Shown: positions 28,000-41,300 of the stretch, piece by piece | Layout of the letters: the number at the start of each line of letters is the position of its first letter | Numbering within the stretch: the first letter of the stretch is position 1 | Assembly (NCBI GenBank): GCA_964016885.1 | Contig: OZ024745.1 | Location: forward strand, 89,218,001 to 89,282,000 | Origin: Eledone cirrhosa | Taxonomy: Eukaryota | Direction of reading: 5' to 3' | DNA: 64,000 bases | Translations under genes and position numbers: made by a program | Notes under the pieces: model-generated | Seen by the model: only the letters and a program-made list of their open reading frames with translations | Database searches by the model: none | Told to the model about the DNA's origin: nothing

Positions 28000-29085
28000 G
28001 ATGTAGTTGCTACATAGATTGCCATAGATGTAGTTGCTACATAGATTGCCATAGATGTAGTTGCTACATTGATTTGTATAGATGTAGTTGCTACATAGAT
28101 TGCTATAGATGTATTTGCTACATAGATTGCCATAGATGGAGTTGCTACATAGATTGCCATAGATGTAGTTGCTACATAGATTGCCATAGATGTAGTTGCT
28201 ACAGAGATTGCCATAGATGTAGTTGCTACATAGATTGTTATAGATGTAGTTGCTATGTAGATTGACATAGCTGGAGTTGCTACATAGATTAACATAGATG
28301 TAGTTGCTACATAGATTGTTATAGGTGTAGTTGCTACATAGATTGCTATAGATGTATTTGCTACATAGATTGCCATAGATGGAGTTGCTACATAGATTAC
28401 CATAGATGTAGTTGCTACATAGATTGCCATAGATATAGTTGCTACATAGATTGCCATAGATGTAGTTGCTACATAGATTGTTATAGCTGTAGTTGCTACA
28501 TAGATTGCTATATAAGTAGTTGCTACATAGATTGCTATAGATGTAGTTGCTACATAGATTGCCATAGATGTAGTTGCTACATAGATTGCCATAGATGTAG
28601 TTGCTACATTGATTTGTATAGGTGTAGTTGCTACATAGATTGCTATAGATGTATTTGCTACATAGATTGCCATAGATGGAGTTGCTACATAGATTGCCAT
28701 AGATGTAGTTGCTACATAGATTGCCATAGATGTAGTTGCTACAGAGATTGCCATAGATGTAGTTGCTACATAGATTGTTATAGATGTAGTTGCTATGTAG
28801 ATTGACATAGCTGGAGTTGCTACATAGATTAACACAGATGTAGTTGCTACATAGATTGTTATAGGTGTAGTTGCTACATAGATTGCTATAGATGTATTTG
28901 CTACATAGATTGCCATAGATGGAGTTGCTACATAGATTACCATAGATGTAGTTGCTACATAGATTGCCATAGATATAGTTGCTACATAGATTGCCATAGA
29001 TGTAGTTGCTACATAGATTGTTATAGAGGTAGTTGCTACATAGATTGCTATATAAGTAGTTGCTACATAGATTGCTATAGATGTA
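28000..29085. repeat. Tandem duplication of 20 monomers (540 bp)
   Basis: Lines 28021 and 28561 are identical, and the + strand ORFs at 28074 and 28614 are identical. There are a few substitutions between copies. Confidence 0.85.
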
Positions 29086-31436
29086 ATTGCTACATAGATT
29101 GTTATAGATGTAGTTGCTACATAGATTGCTATATAAGTAGTTGCTACATAGATTGTTATAGATGTAGTTGCTACATAGATTGTTATAGATGTAGTTGCTA
29201 CATGGATTGTTATAGGTGTAGTTGCTACATAGATTGTTATAGACGTAGTTGCTACATAGATTGCCATAGATGTAGTTGCTACATAGATTACCATAGATGT
29301 AATTGCTACATAGATTGCCATAGATGTAGTTGATACATAGATTGTTATAGATGTAGTTGCTACATAGATTGTTATAGATGTAGTTGCTGCAAAGATTGCC
29401 ATAGATGGAGTTGCTACATAGATTGCCATAGATGTAATTGCTACATAGATTGCAATAGATGTAGTTGCTACATATATTGCCATAGATGTAGTTACTACAT
29501 AGATTGCCATAGATGGAGTTGCTACGTAGATTACCATAGATGTAGTTGCTACATAGATTGCCATAGATGTAGTTGATACATAGATTGCCATAGATGTAGT
29601 TGCTACATAGAGTATTATAGATGTAGTTGCTAAATAGATTGCTTTAGATGTAGTTGCTACATAGATTGTTATAGATGTATTTGCTACATAGATTGCCATA
29701 GATGTAGTTGCTACATAGATTGTTATAGATGTAGTTGCTACATTGATTGTTATAGATGTAGTTGCTACATAGATTGTTATAGATGTAGTTGCTACATAGA
29801 TTGCCATAGATGTAGTTGCTATATAGATTGCCATATATGTAGTTGCTACATAGATTGCCATAGATGTAGTTGCTACATAGATTGCCATAGATGTATTTGC
29901 TACATAGATTGCCATTTATGTAGTTGCTACATAGATTGTTATAAATGTAGTTGCTACATAGATTGCCATAGATGTATTTGCTACATAGATTGCCATAGAT
30001 GTAGTTGCTACATTGATTGTTATAGATGTAGTTGCTACATAGATTGTTATAGATGTAGTTGCTACATAGATTGCTATAGATGTAGTAGCTACATAGATTG
30101 CTATAGATATAGTTGCTATATATATTGCTATGGATGTAGTTGCTACATAGATTGTCATAGACGTAGTTGCTACATAGATTGTTATAGATGTAGTTGCTAC
30201 ATAGATTGCCATAGATGTAGTTGCTACATAGATTGCCATAGATGTAGTTGCTACATTGATTTGTATAGATGTAGTTGCTACATAGATTGCTATAGATGTA
30301 TTTGCTACATAGATTGCCATAGATTGAGTTGCTACATAGATTGCCATAGATGTAGTTGCTACATAGATTGCCATAGATGTAGTTGCTACAGAGATTGCCA
30401 TAGATGTAGTTGCTACATAGATTGTTATAGATGTAGTTGCTATGTAGATTGACATAGCTGGAGTTGCTACATAGATTAACATAGATGTAGTTGCTACATA
30501 GATTGTTATAGGTGTAGTTGCTACATAGATTGCTATAGATGTATTTGCTACATAGATTGCCATAGATGGAGTTGCTACATAGATTACCATAGATGTAGTT
30601 GCTACATAGATTGCCATAGATATAGTTGCTACATAGATTGCCATAGATGTAGTTGCTACATAGATTGTTATAGCTGTAGTTGCTACATAGATTGCTATAT
30701 AAGTAGTTGCTACATAGATTGCTATAGATGTAGTTGCTACATAGATTGTTATAGATGTAGTTGCTACATAGATTGCTATATAAGTAGTTGCTACATAGAT
30801 TGCTATAGATGTAGTTGCTACATAGATTGTTATAGATGTAGTTGCTACATAGATTGTTATAGACGTAGTTGCTACATAGATTGCCATAGATGTAGTTGCT
30901 ACATAGATTGCCATAGATGTAATTGCTACATAGATTGCCATAGATGTAGTTGATACATAGATTGCTATAGATGTAGTTGCTACATAGATTGTTATAGATG
31001 TAGTTGCTACAAAGATGGCCATAGATGGAGTTGCTACATAGATTGCCATAGATGTAGTTGCTACATAGATTGCCATAGATGTAGTTGCTACATATATTGC
31101 CATAGATGTAGTTGCTACATAGATTGTTATAGATGTAGTTACTACATAGATTGCCATAGATGGAGTTGCTACGTAGATTACCATAGATGTAGTTGCTACA
31201 TAGATTGCCATAGATGTAGTTGCTACATAGATTGCCATAGATGTAGTTGCTACATAGATTGTTATAGATGTAGTTGCTAAATAGATTGCTTTAGATGTAT
31301 TTGCTACATAGATTGTTATAGATGTATTTGCTACATAGATTGCCATAGATGTAGTTGCTACATAGATTGTTATAGATGTAGTTGCTACATAGATTGTTAT
31401 AGATGTAGTTGCTACATAGATTGTTATAGATGTAGA

Positions 31437-34400
31437 TGCTACATAGATTGCCATAGATGTAGTTGCTACATAGATTGTTATATATGTAGTTGCTACATAT
31501 ATTGAAATGGACGTAGTTGCTACATAGATTGTTATAGATGTAGTTGCTACATAGATTGTTATAGATGTAGTTGCTACATAGATTGCCATAGATGTAGTTG
31601 CTACATAGATTTTTTTATATGTAGTTGCTACATAGATTGCTATAGATGTAGTTGCTACATAGATTGTTATAGATTTAGTTGCTACATAGATTGCTATAGA
31701 TGTAGTTGCTATATAGATTGCCATAGACGTAGTTGCTACATAGATCGTCATAGACGTAGTTGCTACATAGATTGTTATAGATGTAGTTGCTACATAGATT
31801 GCCATTTATGTAGTTGCTACATAGATTGTTATAAATGTAGTTGCTACATAGATTGCCATAGATGTATTTGCTACATAGATTGCCATAGATGGAGTTGCTA
31901 CATAGATTGTCATAGACGTAGTTGCTACATAGATTGTTATAGATGTAGTTGCTACATAGATTGTTATAGATGTAGTTGCTATATAGATTGCCATAGATGT
32001 AGTTGCTAGATAGATTGCCATAGATGTAGTTGTTACATTGATTTGTATAGATGTAGTTGCTACATAGATTGCTATAGATGTATTTGCTACATAGATTGCC
32101 ATAGATGGAGTTGCTACATAGATTAACATAGATGTAGTTGCTACATAGATTGTTATAGGTGTAGTTGCTACATAGATTGCTATAGATGTATTTGCTACAT
32201 AGATTGCCATAGATGGAGTTGCTACATAGATTACCATAGATGTAGTTGCTACATAGATTGCCATAGATATAGTTGCTACATAGATTGCCATAGATGTAGT
32301 TGCTACATAGATTGTTATAGATGTAGTTGCTACATAGATTGTTATAGACGTAGTTGCTACATAGATTGCCATAGATGTAGTTGCTACATAGATTGCCATA
32401 GATGTAATTGCTACATAGATTGCCATAGATGTAGTTGATACATAGATTGTTATAGATGTAGTTGCTACATAGATTGTTATAGATGTAGTTGCTACATAGA
32501 TTGCCATAGATGGAGTTGCTACATAGATTGCCATAGATGTAGTTGCTACATAGATTGCCATAGATGTAGTTGCTACATAGATTGCCATAGATGTAGATGC
32601 TACATAGATTGTTATAGATGTAGTTGCTAAATAGATTGCTATAGATGTAGTTGCTACATATATTGTTATAGATGTAGTTGCTACATAGATTGCCATAGAT
32701 GTAGTTGCTACATAGATTGTTATAGATGTAGTTGCTACATTGATTGTTATAGATGTAGTTGCTACATAGATTGTTATAGATGTAGTTGCTACATAGATTG
32801 TTATAGATGTAGTAGCTATATAGATTGCCATGGATGTAGTTGCTACATAGATTGTTATATATGTAGTTGCTACATATATTGAAATGGACGTAGTTGCTAC
32901 ATAGATTGTTATAGATGTAGTTGCTACATAGATTGCCATAGATGTAGTTGCTACATAGATTGTTATATATGTAGTTGCTACATAGATTGCTATAAATGTA
33001 GTTGCTACATAGATTGTTATAGATGTAGTTGCTACATAGATTGCCATAGAAGTAGTTGCTACATAGATCGTCATAGACGTAGTTGCTACATAGATTGTTA
33101 TAGATGTAGTTGCTACATAGATTGCCATTTATGTAGTTGCTACATAGATTGTTATAAATGTAGTTGCTACATAGATTGCCATAGATGTATTTGCTATATA
33201 GATTTCCATAGATGTAGTTGCTACATTGATTGTTATAGATGTAGTTGCTACATATATTGTTATATATGTAGTTGCTACATAGATTGTTATAGATGTAGTT
33301 GCTACACAGATTGACATAGATGTAGTTGCTACATAGATTGCTATAGATGTAGTAGCTACATAGATTGCTATAGATGTAGTTGCTACATATATTGCTATAG
33401 ATGTAGTTGCTACATAGATTGTTATAGATGTAGTTGCTACATAGATTGCCATAGATGTAGTTGCTACATAGATTGTCATATATGTAGTTGCTACATAGAT
33501 TGCTATAGATGTAGTTGCTACATAGATTGTTATAGATGTAGTTGCTACATAGATTGCTATAGATGTAGTTGCTACATAGATTGCCATAGAAGTAGTTGCT
33601 ACATAGATCGTCATAGACGTAGTTGCTACATAGATTGTTATAGATGTAGTTGCTACATAGATTGCCATTTATGTAGTTGCTACATAGATTGTTATAAATG
33701 TAGTTGCTACATAGATTGCCATAGATGTATTTGCTATATAGATTGCCATAGATGTAGTTGCTACATTGATTGTTATAGATGTAGTTGCTACATATATTGT
33801 TATAGATGTAGTTGCTACATCGATTGTTATAGATGTAGTTGCTACACAGATCGACATAGATGTAGTTGCTACATAGATTGCTATAGATGTAGTAGCTACA
33901 TAGATTGCTATAGATGTAGTTGCTACATATATTGCTATAGATGTATTTGCTACATAGATTGTTAGAGATGTAGTTGCTACATAGATTGTTATAGATGTAG
34001 TTGCTACGTAGATTGCTCTAGATGTATTTGCTACATAGATTGTTATAGATGTAGTTGCTACATAGATTTTTATAGATGTAGTTGCTACATAGATTGCTAT
34101 AGATGTAGTTTCTACATAGATTCTTATAGATGTAGTTGCTACATAGATTGCTATAGATGTATTTGCTACATAGATTGCCATAGATGTAGTTGCTACATAG
34201 ATTGCCATAGATGTAGTTGCTACATTGATTGTTATAGATGTAGTTGCTACATATATTGTTATAGATGTAGTTGCTACATAGATTGTTATAGATGTAGTTG
34301 CTACATATATTGCTATAGATGTAGTTGCTGCATAGATTGCTATAGATGTAGTTGCTACATAGATAGCTATAATGTAGTTGCTACATAGATTGCTATATAA

Positions 34401-37400
34401 GTAGTTGCTACATAGATTGCTATAGATTTAGTTGCTAAATAGATTGTTATAGATGTAGTTGCTACATAGATTGCTATAGATGTATTTGCTACATAGATTG
34501 TTATAGATGTAGTTGCGACATAGATTGTTATAGATATAGTTGCTATATAGATTGCTATAGATCTATTTGCTACATAGATTGTTATAGATGTAGTTGGTAC
34601 AGAGATTGTTATAGATGTAGTTGCTACATAGATTGTTATAGATGTAGTTGCTACATAGATTGCCATAGATGTAGTTGCTACATAGATTGTTATATATGTA
34701 GTTGCTACATATATTGAAATGGACGTAGTTGCTACATAGATTGTTATAGATGTAGTTGCTACATAGATTGTTATAGATGTAGTTGCTACATAGATTGCCA
34801 TAGATGTAGTTGCTACATAGATTTTTTTATATGTAGTTGCTACATAGATTGCTATAGATGTAGTTGCTACATAGATTGTTATAGATTTAGTTGCTACATA
34901 GATTGCTATAGATGTAGTTGCTATATAGATTGCCATAGACGTAGTTGCTACATAGATCGTCATAGACGTAGTTGCTACATAGATTGTTATAGATGTAGTT
35001 GCTACATAGATTGCCATTTATGTAGTTGCTACATAGATTGTTATAAATGTAGTTGCTACATAGATTGCCATAGATGTATTTGCTACATAGATTGCCATAG
35101 ATGGAGTTGCTACATAGATTGTCATAGACGTAGTTGCTACATAGATTGTTATAGATGTAGTTGCTACATAGATTGTTATAGATGTAGTTGCTATATAGAT
35201 TGCCATAGATGTAGTTGCTAGATAGATTGCCATAGATGTAGTTGTTACATTGATTTGTATAGATGTAGTTGCTACATAGATTGCTATAGATGTATTTGCT
35301 ACATAGATTGCCATAGATGGAGTTGCTACATAGATTAACATAGATGTAGTTGCTACATAGATTGTTATAGGTGTAGTTGCTACATAGATTGCTATAGATG
35401 TATTTGCTACATAGATTGCCATAGATGGAGTTGCTACATAGATTACCATAGATGTAGTTGCTACATAGATTGCCATAGATATAGTTGCTACATAGATTGC
35501 CATAGATGTAGTTGCTACATAGATTGTTATAGATGTAGTTGCTACATAGATTGTTATAGACGTAGTTGCTACATAGATTGCCATAGATGTAGTTGCTACA
35601 TAGATTGCCATAGATGTAATTGCTACATAGATTGCCATAGATGTAGTTGATACATAGATTGTTATAGATGTAGTTGCTACATAGATTGTTATAGATGTAG
35701 TTGCTACATAGATTGCCATAGATGGAGTTGCTACATAGATTGCCATAGATGTAGTTGCTACATAGATTGCCATAGATGTAGTTGCTACATAGATTGCCAT
35801 AGATGTAGATGCTACATAGATTGTTATAGATGTAGTTGCTAAATAGATTGCTATAGATGTAGTTGCTACATATATTGTTATAGATGTAGTTGCTACATAG
35901 ATTGCCATAGATGTAGTTGCTACATAGATTGTTATAGATGTAGTTGCTACATTGATTGTTATAGATGTAGTTGCTACATAGATTGTTATAGATGTAGTTG
36001 CTACATAGATTGTTATAGATGTAGTAGCTATATAGATTGCCATGGATGTAGTTGCTACATAGATTGTTATATATGTAGTTGCTACATATATTGAAATGGA
36101 CGTAGTTGCTACATAGATTGTTATAGATGTAGTTGCTACATAGATTGCCATAGATGTAGTTGCTACATAGATTGTTATATATGTAGTTGCTACATAGATT
36201 GCTATAAATGTAGTTGCTACATAGATTGTTATAGATGTAGTTGCTACATAGATTGCCATAGAAGTAGTTGCTACATAGATCGTCATAGACGTAGTTGCTA
36301 CATAGATTGTTATAGATGTAGTTGCTACATAGATTGCCATTTATGTAGTTGCTACATAGATTGTTATAAATGTAGTTGCTACATAGATTGCCATAGATGT
36401 ATTTGCTATATAGATTTCCATAGATGTAGTTGCTACATTGATTGTTATAGATGTAGTTGCTACATATATTGTTATATATGTAGTTGCTACATAGATTGTT
36501 ATAGATGTAGTTGCTACACAGATTGACATAGATGTAGTTGCTACATAGATTGCTATAGATGTAGTAGCTACATAGATTGCTATAGATGTAGTTGCTACAT
36601 ATATTGCTATAGATGTAGTTGCTACATAGATTGTTATAGATGTAGTTGCTACATAGATTACCATAGATGTAGTTGCTACATAGATTGTCATATATGTAGT
36701 TGCTACATAGATTGCTATAGATGTAGTTGCTACATAGATTGCTATAGATGTAGTTGCTACATAGATTGCCATAGAAGTAGTTGCTACATAGATCGTCATA
36801 GACGTAGTTGCTACATAGATTGTTATAGATGTAGTTGCTACATAGATTGCCATTTATGTAGTTGCTACATAGATTGTTATAAATGTAGTTGCTACATAGA
36901 TTGCCATAGATGTATTTGCTATATAGATTGCCATAGATGTAGTTGCTACATTGATTGTTATAGATGTAGTTGCTACATATATTGTTATAGATGTAGTTGC
37001 TACATCGATTGTTATAGATGTAGTTGCTACACAGATCGACATAGATGTAGTTGCTACATAGATTGCTATAGATGTAGTAGCTACATAGATTGCTATAGAT
37101 GTAGTTGCTACATATATTGCTATAGATGTATTTGCTACATAGATTGTTAGAGATGTAGTTGCTACATAGATTGTTATAGATGTAGTTGCTACGTAGATTG
37201 CTCTAGATGTATTTGCTACATAGATTGTTATAGATGTAGTTGCTACATAGATTTTTATAGATGTAGTTGCTACATAGATTGCTATAGATGTAGTTTCTAC
37301 ATAGATTCTTATAGATGTAGTTGCTACATAGATTGCTATAGATGTATTTGCTACATAGATTGCCATAGATGTAGTTGCTACATAGATTGCCATAGATGTA

Positions 37401-37847
37401 GTTGCTACATTGATTGTTATAGATGTAGTTGCTACATATATTGTTATAGATGTAGTTGCTACATAGATTGTTATAGATGTAGTTGCTACATATATTGCTA
37501 TAGATGTAGTTGCTGCATAGATTGCTATAGATGTAGTTGCTACATAGATAGCTATAATGTAGTTGCTACATAGATTGCTATATAAGTAGTTGCTACATAG
37601 ATTGCTATAGATTTAGTTGCTAAATAGATTGTTATAGATGTAGTTGCTACATAGATTGCTATAGATGTATTTGCTACATAGATTGTTATAGATGTAGTTG
37701 CGACATAGATTGTTATAGATATAGTTGCTATATAGATTGCTATAGATCTATTTGCTACATAGATTGTTATAGATGTAGTTGGTACAGAGATTGTTATAGA
37801 TGTAGTTGCTACATAGATTGTTATAGATGTAGTTGCTACATAGATTG
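31437..37847. repeat. Tandem duplication of an approximately 3.2-kb unit (offset 3,212 bp, then 3,185 bp after loss of one monomer)
   Basis: ORFs 31806/35018 are identical (offset 3212). ORFs 33129/36341 are 179 vs 170 aa, one monomer shorter in copy 2. ORFs 33669/36854 are identical (offset 3185). A 1-bp deletion is shared at ~34370/~37556. Confidence 0.93.
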
Positions 37848-38334
37848 TGATAGATGTAGTTGCTAGATAGATTGCTATATAAGTAGTTGCTACATATATT
37901 GTTATAGATGTAGTTGCTACATAGATTGCCATAGATGGAGTTGCTACATAGATTTCCATAGATGTAGTTGCTACATAGGTTGCCATAGATGTAGTTGCTA
38001 CATAGATTGCCATACATGTAGTTGCTACATAGATTGTTATATATGTAGTTGCTACATAGATTGCTATAGATGTAGTTGGTACATAGATTGTTATAGATGT
38101 AGCTGCTACATAGATTGCTATAGATGTAGTTGCTACATAGATTGCTATAGATGTAGTTGCTACATAGATCGTCATAGACGTAGTTGCTACATAGATTTTT
38201 ATAGATGTAGTTGCTACATAGATTTTTATAGATGTAGTTTTTACATAGATTGCCATAGATGGAGTTGCTACATAGATTGCCATATATGTAGTTGCTACAT
38301 AGATTGCCATATATGTAGTTGCTACATAGATTGC

Positions 38335-41300
38335 CATAGATGTAGTTGCTACATAGATTGCCATTTATGTAGTTGCTACATAGATTGTTATAAATGTAGT
38401 TGCTACATAGATTGCCATAGATGTATTTGCTACATAGATTGCCATAGATGTAGTTGCTACATTGATTGTTATAGATGTAGTTGCTACATATATTGTTATA
38501 GATGTAGTTGCTACATAGATTGTTATAGATGTAGTTGCTACACAGATCGCCATAGATGTAGTTGCTACATAGATTGCTATAGATGTAGTAGCTATATAGA
38601 TTGCTATAGATGTAGTTGGTACAGAGATTGTTATAGATGTAGTTGCTACATAGATTGTTATAGATGTAGTTGCTACACAGATCGCCATAGATGTAGTTGC
38701 TACATAGATTGCTATAGATGTAGTAGCTACATAGATTGTTATAGATGGAGTTGGTACAAAGATTGTTATAAATGTAGTTGCTACATAGATTGTTATAGAT
38801 GTAGTTGCTACAAAGATTGTGATAGATGTAGTTGCTAGATAGATTGCTATATAAGTAGTTGCTACATATATTGTTATAGATGTAGTTGCTACATAGATTG
38901 CCATAGATGTAGTTGCTACATAGATTGCCATTTATGTAGTTGCTACATAGATTGTTATAAATGTAGTTGCTACATAGATTGCCATAGATGTATTTGCTAC
39001 ATAGATTGCCATAGATGTAGTTGCTACATTGATTGTTATAGATGTAGTTGCTACATATATTGTTATAGATGTAGTTGCTACACAGATCGCCATAGATGTA
39101 GTTGCTACATAGATTGCTATAGATGTAGTAGCTACATAGATTGCTATAGATATAGTAGCTACATATATTGCTATGGATGTAGTTGCTACATAGATTGTCA
39201 TAGACGTAGTTGCTACATAGATTATTATAGATGTAGTTGCTACATAGATTGTTATAGATGTAGTTGCTACATAGATTGCCATAGATGTAGTTGCTACATA
39301 GATTGCCATAGATGTAGTTGCTACATAGATTGCCATAGATGTAGTTGCTACATTGATTTGTATAGATGTAGTTGCTACATAGATTGCTATAGATGTATTT
39401 GCTACATAGATTGCCAGAGATGGAGTTGCTACATAGGTTGCCATAGATGTAGTTGCTACATAGATTGCCATAGATGTAGTTGCTACAGAGATTTCCATAG
39501 ATGTAGTTGCTACATAGATTGTTATAGATGTAGTTGCTATGTACATTGACATAGCTGGAGTTGCTACATAGATTAACATACATGTAGTTGCTACATAGAT
39601 TGTTATAGGTGTAGTTGCTACATAGATTGCTATAGATGTATTTGCTACATAGATTGCCATAGATGGAGTTGCTACATAGATTACCATATATGTAGTTGCT
39701 ACATAGATTGCCATAGATATAGTTGCTACATAGATTGCCATAGATGTAGTTGCTACATAGATTGTTATAGATGTAGTTGCTACATAGATTGCTATATAAG
39801 TAGTTGCTACATAGATTGCTATAGATGTAGTTGCTACATACATTGTTATAGATGTAGTTGCTACATAGATTGCTATATAAGTAGTTGCTACATAGATTGT
39901 TATAGATGTAGTTGCTACATAGATTGTTATAGACGTAGTTGCTACATAGATTGCCATAGATGTAATTGCTACATAGATTGCCATAGATGTAGTTGATACA
40001 TAGATTGTTATAGATGTAGTTGCTACATAGATTGTTATAGATGTAGTTGCTACAAAGATTGCCATAGATGGAGTTGCTACATAGATTGCCATAGATGTAG
40101 TTGCTACCTAGATTGCCATAGATGTAGTTGCTACATATATTGCCATAGATGTAGTTGCTACATAGATTGTTATAGATGTAGTTACTACATACATTGCCAT
40201 AGATGGAGTTGCTACATAGATTGCCATAGATGTAGTTGCTACATAGATTGTTATAGATGTAGTTGCTACATAGATTGTTATAGATGTATTTGCTACATAG
40301 ATTGCCATAGATGTAGTTGCTACATAGATTGTTATAGATGTAGTTGCTACATTGATTGTTATAGATGTAGTTGCTACATAGATTGTTATAGATGTAGATG
40401 CTACATAGATTGCCATAGATGTAGTTGCTACATAGATTGTTATATATGTAGTTGCTACATATATTGAAATGGACGTAGTTGCTACATAGATTGTTATAGA
40501 TGTAGTTGCTACATAGATTGTTATAGATGTAGTTGCTACATAGATTGCCATAGATGCAGTTGCTACATAGATTTTTTTACATGTAGTTGCTACATAGATT
40601 GCTATAGATGTAGTTGCTACATAGATTGTTATAGATTTAGTTGCTACATATATTGCTATAGATGTAGTTGCTACATAGATTGCCACAGACGTAGTTGCTA
40701 CATAGATCGTCATAGACGTAGTTGCTACATAGATTGTTATAGATGTAGTTGCTACATAGATTGCCATTTATGTAGTTGCTACATAGATTGTTATAAATGT
40801 AGTTGCTACATAGATTGCCATAGATGTATTTGCTACATAGATTGCCATAGATGTAGTTGCTACATTGATTGTTATAGATGTAGTTGCTACATATATTGTT
40901 ATAGATGTAGTTGCTACATAGATTGTTATAGATGTAGTTGCTACACAGATCGCCATAGATGTAGTTGCTACATAGATTGCTATAGATGTAGTAGCTATAT
41001 AGATTGCTATAGATGTAGTTGGTACAGAGATTGTTATAGATGTACTTGCTACATAGATTGTTATAGATGTAGTTGCTACACAGATCGCCATAGATGTAGT
41101 TGCTACATAGATTGCTATAGATGTAGTAGCTACATAGATTGTTATAGATGGAGTTGGTACAAAGATTGTTATAAATGTAGTTGCTACATAGATTGTTATA
41201 GATGTAGTTGCTACAAAGATTGTGATAGATGTAGTTGCTAGATAGATTGCTATATAAGTAGTTGCTACATATATTGTTATAGATGTAGTTGCTACATAGA

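Larger units (their letters stand above)
11882..31805. repeat. Domain of related, variable-length (about 1.3-2.4 kb) degenerate higher-order modules
   Basis: Most modules share an ordered set of variants (gctatgtagattgacatagctggag, gtaattgc, gttgatac, acaaagatt, ctacgtagattacc, gctaaatagattgctttag) but differ in monomer number (49-88 between punctuation monomers). Confidence 0.8.
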
